64,000 nt of DNA from a virus, in IMG/VR virus record IMGVR_UViG_3300023180_000018. One strand, written 5' to 3'. The stretch's first letter is position 1. Each line of letters opens with the position of its first letter. The notes below the pieces were generated by a model. The model ran no database searches and was not told where the DNA came from. It was given only the letters and a program-made list of their open reading frames with translations. Made by a program: the position numbers and the translations under genes. Positions 57,613 to 64,000 of the stretch are shown here, piece after piece.

Positions 57613-58478
57613 TTTGTTTGTCCGTCCAATCCTAAGTTATGTCCGTCGGTGGAACTATCCATCTTCATAATCTTATTATCATCTATTTGGTGTTTTCCAT
57701 CTATAATAACAGGTTTTTTAGAATGAACTAATCCAGCATTTCCTGCTAGTAACAAACAGATGGCCAGAGGATCAAAAACAGAAACCAATAAAATAATGAT
57801 CCATCGAACTGCCACATCAAAATAATCTTTTGCTTGATCTCCATATATTAACTCTGCAATATATTTTAATGGTCCTATTTCTGCTTCTAATTCTATTGAT
57901 TGTTTCTTTAAAGGTATAAGCTCAATTTGGTACTCATCAATTCTTTCTTGTGCATTTCTTAATGATTGTTCTATTTCAGCACGTTCTTCTTTTTGTGATT
58001 GACGAACTGCAAGCGCACCTTCAGGTCCTCGTATTCTATCGTACTCGACAAGAGTTTGTACTGTCTGGTCAAGACTTGTAAGTACGGTTTCTGCAGATCT
58101 AATATTTCTTTGTTCAGATTCAATTCTTCGTTCAAGTAACTGAATTTGTATATCATTATTTCCACCTTGGTTTATCGTTTGATCTAAATGTGCTTTAGAT
58201 AGATAACCAAAAATACCCATAGATGTTATTATAACTAAAACAATAACAGCTAGAATCATATATATTCGCATTAATAATGGTGCGATTATCCAATTTCTAT
58301 ATATCCAAGAAGCTGCTATAATTTTAGATGCCTCTAAAGAACCTGCCATTATAATGACAGACCACCATGCACCTGAAAAAATTGTAGCAATACCTATAAC
58401 AGAAAAATAACCAGCAACTGCAGATAACAAAATACCCATACCCAAAGCCATTAAGCTTATTGGTAGTGAAGGTTGCAT
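57609..58478 (-). CDS. Multi-TM membrane protein with coiled coil
   Basis: 3 N-terminal TMs, ITSMGIFGYLSKAH, EIGPLKYIAE, VFDPLA. Confidence 0.7.
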   Translation of the reverse strand: MQPSLPISLMALGMGILLSAVAGYFSVIGIATIFSGAWWSVIIMAGSLEASKIIAASWIYRNWIIAPLLMRIYMILAVIVLVIITSMGIFGYLSKAHLDQTINQGGNNDIQIQLLERRIESEQRNIRSAETVLTSLDQTVQTLVEYDRIRGPEGALAVRQSQKEERAEIEQSLRNAQERIDEYQIELIPLKKQSIELEAEIGPLKYIAELIYGDQAKDYFDVAVRWIIILLVSVFDPLAICLLLAGNAGLVHSKKPVIIDGKHQIDDNKIMKMDSSTDGHNLGLDGQTK

Positions 58479-58487
58479 TATACCTCC

Positions 58488-58784
58488 TTAGTTTTCTAAA
58501 ATAGAAAGTAATTTTAACTTAAAAGCATTAATCTTATCTGTACGGTTAGGCCAATAAATGTATTCTTTTTCTTCATTTGCAGCTAAATTATTTAATAGCG
58601 GTATAGTATGTTCATACAATAAATTTGATGTATGTTCCCAATGTTCAGCGCGCGCTTTCCAAAATTCTGCTTCATCAGTTGTTTGTTGAATTTCTTGCTT
58701 AACTTGTTGTACAGTTTGTAATTCTTCTTCGTTGACAATACTAAAACCAAAATCAAATGGTTCTAAATTAATAGGTTCAGTCAT
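58488..58784 (-). CDS. Conserved hypothetical protein
   Basis: FDFGFSIV..PLLNNL..KEYIYWPNR; start ATG 58784. Confidence 0.7.
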   Translation of the reverse strand: MTEPINLEPFDFGFSIVNEEELQTVQQVKQEIQQTTDEAEFWKARAEHWEHTSNLLYEHTIPLLNNLAANEEKEYIYWPNRTDKINAFKLKLLSILEN

Positions 58785-61320
58785 TGAAAAAATCCTCAAG
58801 AGTTGCTTTCTTTTCGTGATTCCAACCAATAGTATTTAAAATAACATTAACTGGATCTAAATATCCTTTAACGAATTGCATTTCATAATCTATATATTCT
58901 TCAAGCTTAAATTCTGTAGGTAAAGTATCTGGACAGGAAATAACCATATCGTGTAAAGGATTTGGTTTTTTTAAATAAGAAAATTTAATCTTTTCTCCAT
59001 CGTTAATTGATTCATATTTCTTGGTGAGATTATATTTATCTAAATAATGATTATATATCAATGCACCTTTCACTTGAATTGGTGTACCCTTTTTGTATAT
59101 ATTCTTTTTATCAGCATACGTATCCGGATATCTTTGGCCATCACTAGTTTCTTTCCACGTTAAAAAATTAACACTACGCGGAAAAGCTATTTGTTCAAAT
59201 TTTAATGTATTAAATTCTTTTCTGATATCTGCAATATATTTTTGAACTACAGTTTCAGACTCATTCATTATAAGTTCTAATGTTTTTTTAATATAATCAC
59301 GACATACACCAGGAGTCGAAGATCTAATAGCTTCAATCCCCATCATTTTTAATTTAGGTTCATTATATCTAACACCTTCAGAATCATGCACATTCATGAT
59401 GTAACGTTTTTTAGCAGTCCATATAGCTTTATCAGCAATGTTTTCTCGTTTCATAAACATTTTTTGGCTGACTGCATTCATATAATCTGCAAGTTCTTCA
59501 TAGCATTTATCAATATACGATTCAATTTTTGTCTTAGCAACCCTATCAAGAAATTCTACAATTTCATTTGTTTGACCATTAGGTAAAACTTGATTTACTA
59601 ATTCATCAAAAACAATATATACAGAATCAGTATCAACTGCTAATACATAATCCTTATCATTTGTTTTTAATAACTTATTAAGATATTCATTTAACTTACG
59701 CTCAATCCATCTAATAGAAAGTTGGCCAGCTTTAGTAATAGCCTCAGCGTTTTCTAAATCAAACCAACGAAAGTATTGATTAGCTAATGCACCATATGCA
59801 GAATTTAGTTGAATCTTTTTAGCAAGTTGTAGATTATGATATCGAGAAATATCAATTTCTAGTTCTTTAGTTGGTGTTTTTTCATATTCCTGTTTAGCTT
59901 CAATCATTTTTTGTTTATATTTTGTACGATCATCATACATTTCTTTCATCAGAGCTGGTAAAAATCCACGAACATCACGTCGATAAAACTGGCCATTTGG
60001 AGTCATTGTATAATCATATTTTTTTAAGACTTCAGTATCAATTTTTTTATCAAGTAAATGATCGACAGATATATTACGAGTAAGATTATATAATTCAGCA
60101 TTAGAACTTGCGCGAGTATCTGGTGAGATATTATATTGCTGAATAAGATGCGGATAAAGAGAATTTAAATCGAAAGACATTACCCACTTATGCATACCAG
60201 TAATAGGTTCTTTAACAAATCCACCTTCAATACTTCTATTCATTTCAGATATTGATCTTGGATTGATAACAACATTTTTATCAAGTAAATAGTTGTGTAT
60301 TATTACATCCCATATCAATACTGAAGCGAGGGCATCTATATAATTAACTTTAGCATCATATGAAATTGCAAAAATTTGTTCAAGAAATCCTAGCTTTTCT
60401 TCAAGCATAAAAATCAAATCAGTATCACGAATATTATATTCAATGAATTTTTGAAAATTTTCTTTATACAACGCAAATAGATTACCATACTCTGAGTAAT
60501 CTATTTTCTTAACGCCAAGTTCAACCTCAGCAATATAGTCTAGTCTATAAGATTCGCGAGGATCTAATTGAAATTTACGATATACAGCTAGATAATCTAA
60601 ACAAGAAACACCTCCGATGTTGTATGTTATTTCTTCTTTAGAATTACGTCTAACAGTATTCTTTGTAATAATTCCCCACGGCGATAATTTATTTACTGCG
60701 TCTTCATCCACAATTCTGCGGATACGATGTACAAGATAAGGAATATCAAAAAACTCAGTGTTCCATCCCGTAACGACATCAGCATCCAATTCATTCCAGA
60801 TTTCAAGGAATTTACATAAGAGTTGATATTCATTTTTGCATTTAATATAGTAAGTATTTTTTTCATCTGTAACAAAATCTCCGCAACCAAGAATTATTTT
60901 TAGATCCCGTCTTCTTAACGAAATGGCAGTTACTTCTTTATCAGCGTGTAATGGCTCAGGAAAACCATCATCAGATGCAACCTCAATATCAATCAATACA
61001 ATATTAATTTTAGAAGTATCAGGATTTAAATTCTTGTATGTATCATATATATAAATATAAGGCCAGCGGGTAAGACCATAAAATTCTTTTCCGCGAACTC
61101 CATCGTATAGTTTGAGTTCTTCGTGGCACTTTGAAATTGAATCATATAATTTAGGTTTTACATTTTGTCCATATATATTATAGTAACCGGTATTTTGTTG
61201 GGATGGTTGATATAAAGTAGGTTCATATTTTACTTTACGTTGAAACCTACCGGTCTCATCAAAACCTCGAACATAAATGTAATCGCCTTTAAATTTGGAG
61301 ACGTTAGTATAAAATTCCAT
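58777..61320 (-). CDS. gp43: Family B DNA polymerase gp43
   Basis: DIE, GWN..FDIPY, SFDLNSLYP, KIQLNSAYG, DTDS, KKRY; C-terminal clamp motif LEDFF. Confidence 0.97.
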   Translation of the reverse strand: MEFYTNVSKFKGDYIYVRGFDETGRFQRKVKYEPTLYQPSQQNTGYYNIYGQNVKPKLYDSISKCHEELKLYDGVRGKEFYGLTRWPYIYIYDTYKNLNPDTSKINIVLIDIEVASDDGFPEPLHADKEVTAISLRRRDLKIILGCGDFVTDEKNTYYIKCKNEYQLLCKFLEIWNELDADVVTGWNTEFFDIPYLVHRIRRIVDEDAVNKLSPWGIITKNTVRRNSKEEITYNIGGVSCLDYLAVYRKFQLDPRESYRLDYIAEVELGVKKIDYSEYGNLFALYKENFQKFIEYNIRDTDLIFMLEEKLGFLEQIFAISYDAKVNYIDALASVLIWDVIIHNYLLDKNVVINPRSISEMNRSIEGGFVKEPITGMHKWVMSFDLNSLYPHLIQQYNISPDTRASSNAELYNLTRNISVDHLLDKKIDTEVLKKYDYTMTPNGQFYRRDVRGFLPALMKEMYDDRTKYKQKMIEAKQEYEKTPTKELEIDISRYHNLQLAKKIQLNSAYGALANQYFRWFDLENAEAITKAGQLSIRWIERKLNEYLNKLLKTNDKDYVLAVDTDSVYIVFDELVNQVLPNGQTNEIVEFLDRVAKTKIESYIDKCYEELADYMNAVSQKMFMKRENIADKAIWTAKKRYIMNVHDSEGVRYNEPKLKMMGIEAIRSSTPGVCRDYIKKTLELIMNESETVVQKYIADIRKEFNTLKFEQIAFPRSVNFLTWKETSDGQRYPDTYADKKNIYKKGTPIQVKGALIYNHYLDKYNLTKKYESINDGEKIKFSYLKKPNPLHDMVISCPDTLPTEFKLEEYIDYEMQFVKGYLDPVNVILNTIGWNHEKKATLEDFFND

Positions 61321-61346
61321 TGATACACCTTTTAAGTATGTAGTAG

Positions 61347-61376
61347 ATTATAAAGCAAATCACACAAAAAGTAAAT
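61347..61376 (-). promoter_or_regulatory. sigma70-type promoter for gp43
   Basis: TTTACT-TTTTGTGTGATTTGCTT-TATAAT on the - strand. Confidence 0.6.
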
Positions 61377-61390
61377 AGGTTGGGATCAAA

Positions 61391-61738
61391 ATGGCAGCAA
61401 AAAAAGATAAAACAGTAGACGATAATTTGGCCGCGGCAGATTTAAATGGTGATGGCCATATTTCTATGGAAGAAGTTGAAGCACATATGAATCTTGAATT
61501 TAAAAGAAAAGAATTAGAAGATCAAGACGCACAACGAGATGCTATTCGTAAAATGGCGTGGTTTTCACTAGGTGGTCTTTTGTTATATCCATTTGGAATT
61601 TTTATGACATCGTTATTTGGATTAGACGGGGCAGCGAGTTTGATTGCAGACATTGCACCCACATACTTTGCATCTATTGCCGTATTAGTCTCTGCATTCT
61701 TTGCAGCTGATGCGGTAGGGAACAAGAAAAAGGATTAA
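61391..61738 (+). CDS. EF-hand plus two-TM membrane protein
   Basis: DLNGDGHISMEE loop; two C-terminal hydrophobic helices. Confidence 0.65.
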   Translation: MAAKKDKTVDDNLAAADLNGDGHISMEEVEAHMNLEFKRKELEDQDAQRDAIRKMAWFSLGGLLLYPFGIFMTSLFGLDGAASLIADIAPTYFASIAVLVSAFFAADAVGNKKKD

Positions 61739-61741
61739 ATC

Positions 61742-62521
61742 GTGGCACAGTGGAATAAAAATAGTCAGAGTTACCTAGCAAACGGTACCACACTGTTTGA
61801 AGCAGTAATGATTGCTGATAAAGATGGTAACATTCTCAACACTGCGGGTTCAGCCTCAAACATTCCCATTGCCACCGGTGGAGTGACTGGTTATTCTCAC
61901 ATCAATAAATTTGGTTATCGTTCAACCCTCGCTACCACTGGGTTCGAAACTATATGGGACGGGGCTGCATCAAACTATACATACCAAACCGTTGGTACTG
62001 CAATAGCAACATCTGACGCAGCTGCGTCGGCCGATGATACTAAAGAAGTCAACATTCAAGGTTTGGATGAAAACTACAATGAAGTCAGTGAAACAATTAC
62101 AATTGGTGGTGGTGCATCAACGGCACAATTCTCACGAGTTTTTCGTGCAAGAATGGTATCAGAAAATAACGACGGTAACGTTACAATAACCACGACGGGT
62201 ACTGTTGCATATATTCAAGAAGATGCGGGTCAAACTCTTATGGCAGTTTACACCATTCCCGCAGGCAAAACTGGTTATCTGATTAAACTCCACGGTACTG
62301 TGGACAAAAATCAAGATGCTATCTTTAGATTAGTCTCTCGTGACTTCGGTACTACCGTGTTCAATGTCAAAGGGCAGTTTGGTGTCTTTGCCAATAGTTT
62401 CGACTACGATTATCCCGTTCCCTTAGTTTTCTCAGAAAAAACTGATATAGAAGTAAGAGCAGATGCCGGTAACTCTATGGGTGGTGGTGCACTCTTCGAT
62501 ATTATCTTAGTTGACAATTAA
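61742..62521 (+). CDS. Probable virion structural protein
   Basis: Thr/Gly-rich beta sequence; INKFG, QGLDENY..SET, GQTLMAVYTIPAGKTGY. Confidence 0.55.
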   Translation: MAQWNKNSQSYLANGTTLFEAVMIADKDGNILNTAGSASNIPIATGGVTGYSHINKFGYRSTLATTGFETIWDGAASNYTYQTVGTAIATSDAAASADDTKEVNIQGLDENYNEVSETITIGGGASTAQFSRVFRARMVSENNDGNVTITTTGTVAYIQEDAGQTLMAVYTIPAGKTGYLIKLHGTVDKNQDAIFRLVSRDFGTTVFNVKGQFGVFANSFDYDYPVPLVFSEKTDIEVRADAGNSMGGGALFDIILVDN

Positions 62522-62544
62522 ATTTAATTTGAGGATTTTATATA

Positions 62545-63084
62545 GTGTTTAATGATTTTTTAGTAATGGATAGAGTTATATCACACGCTTTTCTTGGTAT
62601 TTTTGATCAGTTTGAATTTAAAAACGTTGGTACGCATTTAAATACATCTAGTGTTACATATTCTCTTTTAGACAAAAAAAATAAGATTAAATATACCGGA
62701 GATAAATTACTTAACAGTGAATTAGTAGAAGAATTTTTTTATAGCTACTGTCCTTTATTATGTGAAAAATATTGTGAAATAGAAACCGGTCCATTAAACA
62801 AAGTAACCTCATTTACTTTCTCACTCTCATCTTATAATTCTAATGACGGTATTCCTTACTATAATGTGCCTTCTAATAATTTTTTTAATGCTATAATTTA
62901 TATTTCTACTGATGGTTTAGGAATTGATTTACACGATGGAAAAACAAAAGAATCGTTTAAACACATAGACTGGCGTAAGAATAGAGCATTTTTTTATAAA
63001 AGAACAAATGATTCTATAATTGGACAAAATACTATGAAAAATTCGCGTATATTAACAATGAGCTTACAAAATGATAACTTATGA
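62545..63084 (+). CDS. 2OG-Fe(II) oxygenase-like protein, possibly degenerate
   Basis: IIYI..G..WRKNRAFF resembles 50594 but the HxD and distal H are not evident. Confidence 0.45.
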   Translation: MFNDFLVMDRVISHAFLGIFDQFEFKNVGTHLNTSSVTYSLLDKKNKIKYTGDKLLNSELVEEFFYSYCPLLCEKYCEIETGPLNKVTSFTFSLSSYNSNDGIPYYNVPSNNFFNAIIYISTDGLGIDLHDGKTKESFKHIDWRKNRAFFYKRTNDSIIGQNTMKNSRILTMSLQNDNL

Positions 63085-63817
63085 AAATAACATTATAAAA
63101 TATTCTAATAAAGAATATGGATCTGGCGAATTATATTTTCACGACGCAAAAGCTTATATTCCATGGAGAGCCAGAACTTTATTTACTAAAGAACCTTGGA
63201 CATTAAAATGGTTTATGCAATTAGAAGAAGATGATGTTTTATGGGATATTGGTGCCAATGTAGGTCTATATAGTCTATGGGCCGCTCATAAAACACCATG
63301 TAAAAATATATATTCTTTCGAACCATCTAGTTATAACTATCCAATTTTACATACTAACATTATTAAAAATAATTATCAAGATAGAATTACTGCTTATCCT
63401 ATAGGCTTATCAGATTTTAATATAGCAAGTGAAATTGGATTAGAACATCCTAATCCAGGCGCGGCATCTGCTTCTTTATTATCTAAATTTAAAAATCAAC
63501 ATATACAAAAACAAGGATGTATTGCTCTTAGTGGTGATTTTTTAATTGATCTAGGTATTCCATCACCAACCCATCTAAAAATTGACGTAGATGGAATAGA
63601 ACCATATATTATAAATGGTTTAGAAAACGCTATTGCAGAAACCGTTAAAAGTATTATAGTAGAAATAGATCAAACAAATCCTTTACATATGGCAGCATTT
63701 CAAAAATTAAAAGATATAGGATACGGGTTTGAAATAGAACATTTAAAACAAGTATATAGAAATAGAAAAGATACAAAATTCTGTGCCATGGCAGAATTTA
63801 TTTTAACAAAAGTTTAA
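63071..63817 (+). CDS. FkbM-family methyltransferase
   Basis: KEPWT, WDIGANVGLYS, FEP, LKIDVDGIE. Confidence 0.9.
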   Translation: MITYENNIIKYSNKEYGSGELYFHDAKAYIPWRARTLFTKEPWTLKWFMQLEEDDVLWDIGANVGLYSLWAAHKTPCKNIYSFEPSSYNYPILHTNIIKNNYQDRITAYPIGLSDFNIASEIGLEHPNPGAASASLLSKFKNQHIQKQGCIALSGDFLIDLGIPSPTHLKIDVDGIEPYIINGLENAIAETVKSIIVEIDQTNPLHMAAFQKLKDIGYGFEIEHLKQVYRNRKDTKFCAMAEFILTKV

Positions 63818-63829
63818 AAGGATTTAGTT

Positions 63830-64000
63830 GTGTGCGCAATTAATGGATATGTAAACTACGATAATTTAAAAAATCAAGATGTTAATAACAATAGAAAATT
63901 AAAAAAAATATTACAGATTATGAACCAATCTAATAGATTTAGAGGCCCAGATGGTTCAGATATAATCATCGATAATAATGTTGGTTTAGGACACAATTTA
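63830..64000 (+). CDS. asnB: Asparagine synthase / class II glutamine amidotransferase (5' part)
   Basis: GTG start, MCAING..RGPDG..VGLGHNL; AAGGA RBS; truncated by the window edge. Confidence 0.75.
   Translation, partial: MCAINGYVNYDNLKNQDVNNNRKLKKILQIMNQSNRFRGPDGSDIIIDNNVGLGHNL

Noticed and set aside
58777-58800. Slippery-looking T TTT TTC at the end of gp43
   Set aside because: The -1 frame stops at once (CAA TGA); the downstream ORF is in the other frame with its own ATG; the bases simply encode the LEDFF clamp motif
1-64000. Alternative genetic code or stop-codon reassignment
   Set aside because: All core genes are full length in the standard code, and TAA, TAG and TGA all occur as real stops

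Overview
AT-rich, gene-dense 64-kb segment of a T4-like (Tevenvirinae/Kyanoviridae-like) myovirus genome, most likely infecting an aquatic Gram-negative bacterium (overlapping Rz/Rz1 spanins, IHF-like boxes, PhoH, several 2OG-Fe(II) oxygenases). In order it holds: a baseplate/tail module (gp8, gp7-like, gp6, gp25, gp5, hub, gp53, gp48, gp4, gp2, gp54, gp26/gp51, tape-measure-like gene); gp32/gp59/gp33; a block of small early genes behind repeated sigma70-type promoters; phoH/rnh/nrdC/cd/nrdAB/gp61; a spanin pair; a late block of very basic, probably capsid-internal proteins; gp41/uvsX/gp43; and the start of a + strand block (FkbM methyltransferase, asnB-like). No tRNA, rRNA, CRISPR array, integrase, intron or intein was seen. 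Most notable observations: (1) a late locus (about 40.6-50.6 kb) that looks like a prohead-protease-processed, virion-delivered cargo system, with modular polyproteins, a KxDG ligase-like nucleotidyltransferase, a HIGH-family nucleotidyltransferase preceded by two tandem RNA hairpins sharing an AGGCUAWGGCA core, and a PD-(D/E)xK-like nuclease; (2) a T-TTT-TTT -1 frameshift signal joining gp26 to a start-less gp51 ORF directly before the tape-measure-like gene; (3) an annexin-like repeat in that protein; (4) a gp5 spike with an HxH tip; (5) a candidate replication origin near 14.4 kb. All product calls come from motif recognition and synteny, with no database searches.
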